Source: Eledone cirrhosa
Taxonomy: Eukaryota
Assembly (NCBI GenBank): GCA_964016885.1
Contig: OZ024755.1
Span: forward strand, 37,820,001-37,884,000
Direction: 5' to 3'
Length of the DNA stretch: 64,000 nt
The notes beneath the pieces are model-generated. The model made no database searches. It was not told where the DNA came from and worked only from the letters and a program-made list of their open reading frames with translations. The position numbers and the translations under genes were made by a program. The first letter of the stretch is position 1. The number at the start of each line of letters is the position of its first letter. Below are positions 39,790 through 51,614 of the stretch, piece by piece.

Positions 39790-42012
39790 GCATTTACATT
39801 ACTCTATATTTACTATCTCACATAATATCTCACATAACATTTCCATTACTCTATATATACTATTGTATTTTCACAGTAAAGGCTTTACCTCACATAATAT
39901 CTCACATAACATTTACATTACGCTATATATACTATTGTATTTTCACAGTAAAGGCTTTACCTCACATAATATCTCACATAACATTTACATTACTCTATAT
40001 ATACTATCTCACATAATATCTCACATAACATTTACATTACTCTATATTTACTATCTCACATAACATTTACATTACTCTATATATACTATTGTATTTTCAC
40101 AGTAAAGGCTTTACCTCACATAATTTCTCACATAACATTTACATTACTCTATATATACTATTGTATTTTCACAGTAAAGGCTTTACCTCACATAATTTCT
40201 CACATAACATTTACATTACTCTATATATACTATTGTATTTTCATGGTAAAGGCTTTACCTCACATAATATCTCACATAACATTTACATTACTCTATATAT
40301 ACTATTGTATTTTCATGGTAAAGGCTTTACCTCACATAATATCTCACATAACATTTACATTACCTATATATACTATTGTATTTTCATGGTAAAGGCTTTA
40401 CCTCACATAATATCTCACATAACATTTACATTACTCTATATTTACTATTGTATTTTCATGGTAAAGGCTTTACCTCACATAATATCTCACATAACATTTA
40501 CATTACTCTATATATACTATTGTATTTTCATGGTAAAGGCTTTACCTCACATAATATCTCACATAACATTTACATTACTCTATATTTACTATTGTATTTT
40601 CATGGTAAAGGCTTTACCTCACATAATATCTCACATAACATTTACATTACCTATATATACTATTGTATTTTCATGGTAAAGGCTTTACCTCACATAATAT
40701 CTCACATAACATTTACATTACTCTATATTTACTATTGTATTTTCATGGTAAAGGCTTTACCTCACATAATATCTCACATAACATTTACATTATTCTATAT
40801 TTACTATTGTATTTTCATGGTAAAGGCTTTGCCTCACATAATATCTCACATAACATTTACATTATTCTATATTTACTATTGTATTTTCATGGTAAAGGCT
40901 TTACCTCACATAATATCTCACATAACATTTACATTATTCTATATTTACTATTGTATTTTCATGGTAAAGGCTTTACCTCACATAATATCTCACATAACAT
41001 TTACATTATTCTATATTTACTATTGTATTTTCATGGTAAAGGCTTTACCTCACATAATATCTCACATAACATTTACATTACTCTATATTTACTATTGTAT
41101 TTTCATGGTAAAGGCTTTACCTCACATAATATCTCACATAACATTTACATTACCTATATATACTATTGTATTTTCATGGTAAAGGCTTTACCTCACATAA
41201 TATCTCACATAACATTTACATTACTCTATATTTACTATTGTATTTTCATGGTAAAGGCTTTACCTCACATAATATCTCACATAACATTTACATTATTCTA
41301 TATTTACTATTGTATTTTCATGGTAAAGGCTTTACCTCACATAATATCTCACATAACATTTACATTACTCTATATTTACTATTGTATTTTCATGGTAAAG
41401 GCTTTACCTCACATAATATCTCACATAACATTTACATTACCTATATATACTATTGTATTTTCATGGTAAAGGCTTTACCTCACATAATATCTCACATAAC
41501 ATTTACATTACTCTATATTTACTATTGTATTTTCATGGTAAAGGCTTTACCTCACATAATATCTCACATAACATTTACATTACTCTATATTTACTATTGT
41601 ATTTTCATGGTAAAGGCTTTACCTCACATAATATCTCACATAACATTTACATTACTCTATATATACTATTGTATTTTCATGGTAAAGGCTTTACCTCACA
41701 TAATATCTCACATAACATTTACATTACTCTATATTTACTATTGTATTTTCATGGTAAAGGCTTTACCTCACATAATATCTCACATAACATTTACATTACC
41801 TATATATACTATTGTATTTTCATGGTAAAGGCTTTACCTCACATAATATCTCACATAACATTTACATTACTCTATATTTACTATTGTATTTTCATGGTAA
41901 AGGCTTTACCTCACATAATATCTCACATAACATTTACATTATTCTATATTTACTATTGTATTTTCATGGTAAAGGCTTTGCCTCACATAACATTTACATT
42001 ACTCTATATATA
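39790..42012. repeat. 72-bp minisatellite, ~30 copies (with 71-bp variants)
   Basis: Unit catttacattactctatatttactattgtattttcatggtaaaggctttacctcacataatatctcacataa equals the MITE subterminal sequence. Confidence 0.97.
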
Positions 42013-42636
42013 CTAGCAGAATGGCCCGGCGTTGCTCGGGATTTGCTCTAGGGTTCTTATATATTCGATATATATTTATCCTTATCGAGCCTCGTGAAAT
42101 AAATATGTTTGTTTATATTTTGTTAATGTGTATGCAAAAAATATCTGTACATGAATATATAATTATATATATATATATATATTAAAATAACAGATTAAAG
42201 TTTAAGCAAAGGATCGCTGCTTTCACCCTTAACGAGATCTTCTGAAACTAAAAAATCAATCTGTGAATGCATAAGTAAATATTTTGAAAAACGTTACACA
42301 CTATATATATAAATATATACACACATACACACTATATATACATATATACACACACACACAGCTGCATCATAATGTCATAATGCAGACATACAGACAGATA
42401 TTATAAGGGCGCAACGTTATATCTATGTATCTATCTAAAAAGAAAGACTAAGAATTATAGAGAGAGATCGCTAAATCGCCTAAGCGGTCCCTAGGGCATT
42501 GAAAATTTGAAATTGTTTTTGCTCAAAACACTCACAGGACCATAAGTATTACATGTGTAAAGTTTGAAAACAATCGGTTGGATGGTTCTCGAGTTTAAGG
42601 GAGTCAGACAGACATTCTCTGTTTTAGATATATAGA
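42013..42636 (-). mobile_element. Non-autonomous Helitron (Lep1/HINE-like)
   Basis: Plus strand begins a|ctag with GC hairpin cccggc-gtt-gctcggg and ends acagacattctctgttttagatatataga|t; this gives minus-strand 5' TC and 3' CTAG in an A|T target. Confidence 0.8.
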
Positions 42637-43439
42637 TTATATTTTCACGGTAAAGACTTTATCTCACATTATATCTCACATAATATCGAATCTATAAGAG
42701 TTCGATATTATTTATGTTGAGAACAAAACCGTAACAAGAGTATGAGTAACCGATTACAGCCGGTTTGACCAGAAAGGGGTTAGAGAATTCTGGCCGGATA
42801 TGGCCGGTTTAAATGATAAAGGGTTAAATAACTAAAGCTGATTGAATGACATTACATGCAACAGTGGACATTATAATTACACCCTGTTGATAGAAAACTG
42901 CACGTTTTGTACAAATGGTGTTTGGAGTCTTGATATACACAATCTTTGTGCCTCTCACGACAGGTTGCACGCCCATTGCTGGTTTTTATAGCATCAGATG
43001 GAATATATTTTCCAAATATGGAAAGTCTGTATATATAAAATCTATTGTCATAGGTGTGTTTATCTTGTAGCATAATGGTATTCTGCTCAAGGAATTGTTT
43101 CCTGCAAGATTTTATCAACATATATTTGTATTTGTTTAATGTTATTATTTTATATACATCTTTGTATGGATGAAGTTCAGAACTCATCTCAGATTCATGT
43201 CCATTGCATAGCTTATTTTCAGCTCAGTCAATTGGCGCATCATGAAATGGAGTGTCTTGTTGAAGGCCACAATGCATAACATAGTTTGGAAATTGATCCC
43301 CAAAACACCCTAGGCCATATGCTTTCACTATAATTGTTGCTTGTGATGCTAAACTCGGCCAGTTGCAGACTGTACATTAACATGTGATATATCTCTCCAC
43401 AAAGTTCGATCACCAACAGCAGAGTTCAAAGAGCAAAGA

Positions 43440-43810
43440 TCAAGTCCAGTCCATAAGTTGACATTGTCAAGTCATCGTTTTGGCAGCCGGCCTCTGCTTC
43501 TCTTACCAGCCAACCTTCCTTCCAGGTATAACCTACTCACACCACGAGTTGATCTTTTTATATGACCGTATAGTTTGAGTACTCATGACTTGACAATTGA
43601 TGTAATTGGTCTAAGTTTGGTAATGTTGAGCAGCTCACTGATACAGATATGGTCGCTGAGCCACTTGCCAGTCATAAGTCTCATGATGTGGTTCTGGAAT
43701 GTAGAGAGCTTCTGAAGTGACCTTGTCGTCCAATTAACACAGTCAAGACCATATAACACAACTGGTAGGATGTAAGTATCAAAGATCTGAGACTTCAAAC
43801 GATAGGAAAC
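43440..43810 (-). mobile_element. RTE LINE 3' fragment
   Basis: LKSQIFDTYILPVVLYGLDCVNW...FQNHIMR...KS*VLKLYGHIKR...EGRLAGKRSRGRLPKR. Confidence 0.85.
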
Positions 43811-44892
43811 TTGTTTGCTTACAGTGTCATTATTCATATATAGTGAATAGTGATATAACCAACCTGTTCTACATTCTCCATCATTTGCTTGTGAGTATGT
43901 GTGTGGGAGTTTGCATATGCACATATGCATGTGCATTGATACATACTGCAAATTTCAAGCCCAGAGTAAAATTCAACAGTTATATTGTATATTGTTTTTG
44001 GTGCTGTTTGTATTTAATCTTTAGTAAAATACTGTTAACTTATCTACCAGTGTATACAGCACATGTATTTTAGTTTAAAAAATAATGAAACAAAACAAAT
44101 AATAAATTATATTTCTTCTGCTGAACATGAGACTATATTACAGATAGAACAACACAGGATGTAGTGGGTGTCCAGTTTAGAATAGACACACCATATCCTT
44201 GCCTTTTGTAAGAGCTGACTAGGGTTGGTACTAAGAAGGGCATCTGACTGTAAATCATTGCCTCAATAAGGACCCCATAATAAGAATGAGATCTACTTGC
44301 TGTTTCTTTAGCAGTTGTAGAGTTTTACAGTGTCATGTTCAGCCCATCACCTAACCTCCCTTTCTTAATTGGACTGGGCCGGGTTTAGGACCGATTATGG
44401 CACATAGGAATTGGACAGGTTCAGGAATAACCATGGCAGAACAACTGTGTTGGTGGAAGCTTGCTGTGTTGAGCACCAAAGACTAAGATGAGTCTGTAGC
44501 TTGTTATGGGGCATGCAAGACATATTCCTGCTTTAAGTAGCGAAAATAGCTTTAAATGCCTGTTGTGTTCTGCTGAATTTCTTCTACTAAACATAGAACT
44601 GAAATTATATATTACAGATATGTTCTTTTATTTCCTTAAGCCAAAAATAAAGTTTCTCTCATCCCCTTTTACTTCTCTTCTTCCACTTTTGCCTGTAAAA
44701 CAAACCTTTTCACTCAATGCCAGTAAGAAATCAAGAAGTACCTATGGCTAACTGATGTTATTCTTAGAAATTCCTACTTTCTAGTCATTCATCAGCTCTT
44801 CTTCAACTTTATTTTTACTTGTCAAAACTATTGCAGCTATTGTGTAAGGTTTGGCAATAAATGCCATTACCTGATAGCTCTTATCCTAATTC

Positions 44893-45932
44893 TGGTGGTG
44901 ATGGAGATGTTTAATGGTGGTGGGGGAGATGACTGGCTGTGATGGTGGGGATGGTGGTGGTGTTAGTGGTGGTGGAGATGCCTGGCTGTGATGGTGGGGA
45001 TAGTGGTGGTGTTAGTGGTGGCGGAGATGCCTGGCTGTGATGGTGGGGATGGTGGTGGTGTTAGTGGTGGTGGAGATGCCTGGCTGTGATGGTGGGGATG
45101 GTGTTAGTGGTGGCGGAGATGACTGGTGGTGGTGGTGGTGTTAGTGGTGGTGAAGATGACTGGCTGTGATGGTGGGGATGGTGGTGGTGTTAGTGGTGGG
45201 GGAGATGACTGGCTGTGATGGTGGGGATGGTGGAGATGACTGGCTGTGATGGTGGTGGTGGGGGTTAGTGGTGGTGAAGATGACTGGTTGTGATGGTGGG
45301 GATAGTGGTGGTGGTGGTCGAGATGACTGGCTGTGATGGTGGGGATGGTGGTGGTGTTAGTGGTGGGGGAGATGACTGGCTGTCATGGTGGGGATGGTGG
45401 AGATGACTGGCTGTGATGGTGGTGGTGGGGGTTAGTGGTGGTGAAGATGACTGGTTGTGATGGTGGGGATAGTGGTGGTGGTGGTCGAGATGACTGGCTG
45501 TGATGGTGGGGATGGTGGTAGTGGTGGTGGTGCCTGTGGTGGAGATAGTGGGGGTGGTGGTGGTGGTGATGACTGGCTGTGATGGTGGGGATGGTGGTGG
45601 TGATAGTGGGGATAGCAGTGTTGGTGGTGACTGGCGGCAGTGATATTGGTGTGGGTGCCTTTGGTGGTATTGTTGCTTGTGGTGGTGGTGGTGAGGGTGG
45701 GGAGAGTAGTGGTGTAGTGATGGTGAGGAGAGTGGTGGTGGTGGTGATGGATATATATCTGGTGTTGGTGTTTGTGACGGTGGAGTTTGTAGTGGTGGTG
45801 TTGGTGTTTGTGGAGTTTGTAGTGGTGATGATGCTTGGAGTATGCGCGGGGGTGGCTGTGCTGGTGCTTGTGGTAGTAGTGCTGCTGATGGTGGTGGTGG
45901 TGTGGTGTGGTGTGGGGTGTTGTAGGGGGTGG
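44893..45932. repeat. (GGT)-rich minisatellite / low-complexity tract
   Basis: Repeats of gagatgactggctgtgatggtggggatggtggtggtgttagtggt; gives Pro/Thr/His-rich ORFs. Confidence 0.92.
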
Positions 45933-46204
45933 CATTATTATCAGTATAATGTTGATTACATTTTTCTTCTAGTTCTGCAAAATAAATAAAAAATAAAAAG
46001 GCAAAACAACAACAACAACAACAAAAAATATATTTATTATATAATGGTTTCTTTATTGGCCACAAGGGTTAACGTGAAGAAAACCATTACAGAGGGCACA
46101 GTACAGGACGATACAAAGTGGGTTTTCGCAGTGTAAAAAAGGTTATAACAAAAAAAATATTTATTACATAATAAAGAGATTAAGCCATTTGAAATAGAAT
46201 TATT

Positions 46205-46614
46205 AGTGTTATTAGTATTACTATTAGTACTAGTAGTAGTTTTAGTAGTGGTAAGTAGTAGTTTTAGTAGTGGTAAGTAGTAGTTTTAGTAGTAGTAGTA
46301 GTAGTAGTTTTAGTAGTGGTAAGTAGTAGTTTTAGTAGTAGTTTTAGTAGTGGTAAGTAGTAGTTTTAGTAGTAGTAGTAGTAGTTTTAGTAGTGGTAAG
46401 TAGTAGTTTTAGTAGTAGTAGTAGTAGTAGTAGTTTTAGTAGTGGTAAGTAGTAGTTTTAGTAGTGGTAAGTAGTAGTTTTAGTAGTGGTAAGTAGTAGT
46501 TTTAGTAGTAGTAGTTTTAGTAGTAGTAGTTTTAGTAGTAGTAGTTTTAGTAGTAGTAGTTTTAGTAGTGGTAGTTTTAGTAGTAGTAGTTTTAGTAGTA
46601 GTAGTAGTAGTTTT
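46205..46614. repeat. (TAG)n / agtagtttt compound microsatellite
   Basis: Direct reading. Confidence 0.95.
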
Positions 46615-47218
46615 ATCATCATAGATAGTTTTCAACAAAAAAATAGTCTGCTAATAGTTGAAACTATATTGAGATGTAAAGCGTGGGTAGTAGTATTTTT
46701 ATTTTATATACGTCATGTGTGTGTGTATATATGTCTGTGTGTGTGTATAGAAGTAGAGGTACAATACATTTATATACACATACATATCATCATCATCATT
46801 ACTTGGAACAGGTAAAAGAGTATATATATAGCACCAATACTAATATATATATATATATATATTATATATATGTGTGTATGTATGTATTTTTTTTTTTTTT
46901 GTATTTGTATTCTCCCCCCCCCCCTCTCTCAATCTCTCTTGTCTTTTTTCACCTTCCCTGATGTGGCAAAAACAAGAGAGAAATTGCCTGAGATAAGATG
47001 GTTAGCATCAGATTTCACTGCCAATTTTGGATGGGGCTGCTGCTTTATCCACTTTTCTTCATCTCTCCATCCATTTCTCATGTTTGTAGAGCCAGTCTGT
47101 TAGTCAATCTTACCCAGTGACAGCTACATCTGTTTTAAATGAAGACTATTCTTAAAAAATGTTTATATTTTATGATTTTCTAACAGTTCATGTTCATATA
47201 TATATATATATATATATA

Positions 47219-47819
47219 TGGTGGCTGCCAACTCGTTTTCCGAGTATGGCCACTACTTTATATCCATGTAGGAGAACCCCTACCAATGCGCTGAACGAGT
47301 GTGACTTTTTAGTCCAGCCAGCGACTTGAAAACTCTGGTACAAACACTGCACTTGTGACAATTATTGACACATAGTGCTGGGCCCATGGTACCATGTGAC
47401 AAGTGCAGAGAGATCTCCAGATATAAAGCAATGCATGTGCCGTGAAGCTTTTATAGTGAGCAAAGGCACTGCACAAAGCCAGTCCCACTCTCTTAACCAA
47501 GATGATATTTACCAAAAAGAACAAGTCAACATCATTGGATACCATCAGGGTTGCAGATGTTATATCAGAGTTTTCCTTCTCCTAGAATTCTGCCTTGACA
47601 AAGGCTAAGGGGTGATCTCTCCCGGTGATTTTGGATGGCCATTGACTCTTAAGAGCTCCTTTGCCCTTTGACAGGTTTTGTTTTTAGTCCTGCAGGATGT
47701 CCAAAGTCACCCCACCAAGAAACCTTGGTGGGGTTGCCACTTTAGCCGCCAATGACCCGACCATGAGACAGGTTGTACTGGGATACATGTTACCAGTTAC
47801 ACCAACTGGTGATCTGACA
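47219..47819 (-). mobile_element. ~600-bp RTE-5'UTR-derived non-autonomous element in (TA)n
   Basis: Minus strand has gagtcaatggccatcca and ctaggagaaggaaaactctga (RTE 5'UTR motifs) and ends ggcagccacca(ta)n; near-identical copy at 60787-61396. Confidence 0.75.
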
Positions 47820-47840
47820 TGAATATATATATATATAAAT

Positions 47841-48185
47841 GGAGGCACATGGGTTAGTGGTTAGAGCATTGGCCTTGCAATCGAAAGGTTGTGAGTTCAA
47901 TTCTCAGACCGGGTGATGTGTTGTTTCCTTGAGCAAGACACTTTATTTCACATTGCTCCAGTTTACTCAGCTGTAGAAATGAGATGATAGGGACTGGGGT
48001 CCCTATCATTCCACTGCAAAGTGGTCGTGGAGGTGCCACGGCAAAAGAGCACCCAGCACTCACTGTAAATGAGGTTGGTGTTAGGAAGGGCATCCAGCTT
48101 TAGAAATCAAGCCAGAATCAGTTCCCGTCCCACCCTTGCAAGCAGGGAAAAGTGGACGTAAAATGAAATGATGATGAAATGATGA
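47841..48185 (+). mobile_element. SINE family B
   Basis: Full-length copy. Confidence 0.92.
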
Positions 48186-48230
48186 TATATATATATATAT
48201 ATACACACACATATGCATTGATATATAAAT

Positions 48231-48271
<41 letters not shown>

Positions 48272-48287
48272 GCATTGATATATAAAT

Positions 48288-48335
<48 letters not shown>

Positions 48336-50046
48336 TTGATATATACATTATGAATATATATTTCCACACTGTAAATGTGGTTGGTGTTAGGAAGGGGATC
48401 CAGCCGTAGAAAACCTGCCAGATAGTCCTATATGAGCGAGACATGGTCACCCGACCAGCCTTGCCTCAAGTGGGACAACTCCCGTCTGACCCTTGCTAGC
48501 GTGGAAAATGGACGTTAAATGAAGATGATGATGATGATGATATATGTATGTATATGTGTATATATATACACACACATTACGCACTCGTTCACACACATAT
48601 GCATACACACATACATATATATACTCATGAACACATACATACACACATGCACTTACAAACATAAAATAGTTGGATTTATTTCTAACAAAAACAAAAATTC
48701 CGCGAACAAATGAACATTCTGACTTTATATAAGAGGTATATGTTTAAAGCCAAAGTCTGAGAGTATATCAGACAGAAGTGGTAGAATACCTGACTAAACA
48801 TTTCACAGTACTGTTATCATTATCACTGTTTTACACCCATTCTTTGACACAAGCATGGGTTGGACGAGTTGTCCTGTTGTGGGCAATGCTAATTCAGTTG
48901 ACCATGTCTTGCTCATACGGACTGATTCTGGCTTGGTTTCTACATCGTTATACCCTTCCTAACACCAACCTCATTTACAGTTAGTATTGGCTGCTTTCTG
49001 TTGTGGCGCCTACAAGACCACTTTACAGTGTGGACTGGGTGCATTTTGTTGTGACACCTTCACAACCACTTTAGCAAAAATCTGAGCTTCCTGGAAGCTG
49101 AGACAACACAGTTTCTATTTTTGTTTGAAGCCACTTCACTTTGCCTGCATGGTCCCATAACTCCCGAGGGAACTGTAGGGGGACTGTATTGGCTTAGAGT
49201 TTCTAGGACATTTTTTTTTTTAAACTTGGCAGAGCCCATCTCCTTTCCAGGGTCTGAATACAGCAGATTTCTTCCAGAAAAGAGAAGTGAGAAAGAGATA
49301 TAGAGGAAGAATCACCCCCAATACTAGACTGGTACTTTTATTGAACTCAAATGGATGAAAGGCAAAGTTGACCTCGACGGGATTTGAACTCAGGTAGCAG
49401 GGAGCCGAAAGGAATACTGCAAACTTTTCTCTCTGATGTTCTAATGGTTGCTACCTTCTACTTCACTTTAACAAAAAAAAAAAAAAAAAAAAAAAAAGTT
49501 GTTGTTTAACTCTGTTGATACCAACCTGCCTGAAACCAGCCTTGGTTCTATGAAACAAAACCACCCATTTGAAAGGGATCCTTTTTAAATTAAAACCTTC
49601 CAATATAATTTATGGAAAGGTCAATGGAAACATAGTTTCTTTGGTCTTAAATGATCTGATGATCAACTCCTTTAGCGTTCCTTTTACTTTTTGTGAAGGT
49701 AAAAATCAAAGTCAAGTGTTCATTTGATGATCATGATTATGTTAGTGGTGATAGTAGTACTTCCTCAATTATAAGGTAACATTCTAAGATTATATTGAGG
49801 TTGGTGGGAAGGTAAGTGGGATGTAAACTAAAGGAATGGAGAATGTTCCTGATGATACTACAGTGAACTCCAGTAAAGGATGTGTTTGTTCAGTATTATA
49901 TACAACATCTGACATTTTAACTGAGATAACTTCTTCACCAAATTATCAAGGGTTGAAGAAAAAGAAGCATCCTGCTAAATTAATTCATCATGTATGACTA
50001 AGGGCCCTAAAGGGTCCCTTATATATATTCATTTTATTATAGAAAT

Positions 50047-50097
50047 GACTTCTACAGGACTAGAACTGTTTCATTCATAAGAAATCATCAGGAAGGC
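50047..50097 (-). ncRNA. Type I hammerhead ribozyme candidate with a 4-bp stem III
   Basis: Reverse complement reads cttc-CTGATGA-tttc(ttat)gaat-GAA-Acag(ttctagtc)ctGT-A-gaag; GUA triplet; U.U mismatch at the base of stem II. Confidence 0.6.
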
Positions 50098-50270
50098 TGT
50101 CGCTTCCTCATTTACATTGGAATCCTACATATTGTGTGCGTGCGTATATATATATATATATATCATCATCATTTTACATCCGCTTTTCCCTGCTTGCGAG
50201 GGTGGGACGGGTCCTATTCAGCAGAGCATCTCTCCATTCATCACAGTCCTTCGTCATCTCCTCTGTGAGT

Positions 50271-50319
<49 letters not shown>

Positions 50320-50778
50320 ATTCGTGAGTGGATGATAATAGAGGTTAACTTTGCCTTTCATTCTTACAGGGTTGACAAAATAAATCACCAGTAATTCACT
50401 GGGGTAATTGCTGGCCTTGTGTCAAAAAGTAGAAACAATTATTGATATTCGGTTTGTTTACAAGTAAACAACCTCATAAATACCATGTGTGTTTTCTAGA
50501 TGATAAACTTCATCCTTTTGTTTCAGTGGTAGCTGAAAGAAAACAACAATTGTTTCGGAGTCTTTGCTCCTTATCAAGATTGTGTATTCTCGTATCTCCT
50601 ACTCACTGGAACTGCTGAGAATTCATAGTATTCTCAAATGCAAACATCGGCTGAGTAGCCTCATTTGCTTACTGCGCCATTTTACAGCTGACTTTGCTGA
50701 AAATTAAAAAAATCAAAATCTGTTTTTGCTCTTAACATGTTAAACCGAATATTTATAATATTCTGATATTATTATTAT

Positions 50779-50972
50779 AGGTGGATTGGCAGTATTGGTA
50801 GAGGGTCGGACGCCATGCTTTGCAGCAAAGCGTTACGTCCCTTTATGGTCTGAGTTCAAATCCCGCTGAGGTTAACTTTGCCTTTCATCCTTACAGGGTC
50901 GATAAAATGAAGTACCAGTAATACACTGGAATAATTGCTGGCCTTGTGCCAAATGTAGAAACAATTATTATT
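50779..50972 (+). mobile_element. SINE family A
   Basis: Full copy flanked by attattata. Confidence 0.9.
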
Positions 50973-51446
50973 ATAATATTATTTTTCACTTATGAATCAT
51001 CATCATCATCATCATCGTTTAACGTCCATATTCCACGCTTGCATGGGTTTGGACGGGGGTTTTCCCACTTGAGGCAAGAGTGGTTGTCTTGCTCGCATAG
51101 GACTGTCTGGTGGGTTTTCTACGGCTGGATACCCTTCCTAACACCAACCACATTTACAGTGTGAACTGGGAGCTTTTTACCGTGTTACCTATATGGCCAC
51201 ATTACAGCGTGGACTGTGTGTTTTTTTTGTCGTGACACCAACACGACCTCATTTGTTTCGGGCTGGATGTTGTGACACCAACATAACTTTACATTGAAAG
51301 GGGTGGTGTGGATGGGGTGGGGGTAGTGAGACGGGGTGTATTTTGTTAGAGGTGCCTACTGACTGTAGTAGGTTTCACTTTGTACTTAGGTATACATTTA
51401 GGTATCCACCATGTTAACAGCAAAAACAAATTTTGTTTGTAATATA

Positions 51447-51614
51447 CCGTATTTCCCGGCACCGAAGACGCTTTGTCCTCGAGGACCCACCCTAATTTTG
51501 ACAACCAAAAATTTGAAAAAAGATATTAAACAACTTTCGTTCTGCAGGACGCATGGTAGATTTTTGAGACTTATTTTAGGAAAAAAGTAGCGTCTTTGAT
51601 GCTGGGAAATACGG
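51447..51614. mobile_element. pogo/Tc1-mariner-type MITE
   Basis: TA|ccgtatttcccggcaccgaagacgc ... gcgtctttgatgctgggaaatacgg|TA; inverted copy of 4235-4405. Confidence 0.88.

Larger units (their letters stand above)
39783..42823. mobile_element. piggyBac-type MITE family 1 expanded to ~3 kb by an internal satellite and a Helitron
   Basis: TTAA|ccctttagcattta at 39779 and taaatgataaaggg|TTAA at 42827; MITE body resumes at 42637. Confidence 0.85.

Noticed and set aside
40089-42051. Overlapping 79-268-aa ORFs
   Set aside because: They are translations of the MITE-derived 72-bp satellite, with frameshifting 71-bp units
45265-46065. Pro/Thr/His-rich 266-aa ORF resembling extensin or mucin
   Set aside because: The GGT-rich low-complexity repeat is open in several frames on both strands, with no supporting gene structure
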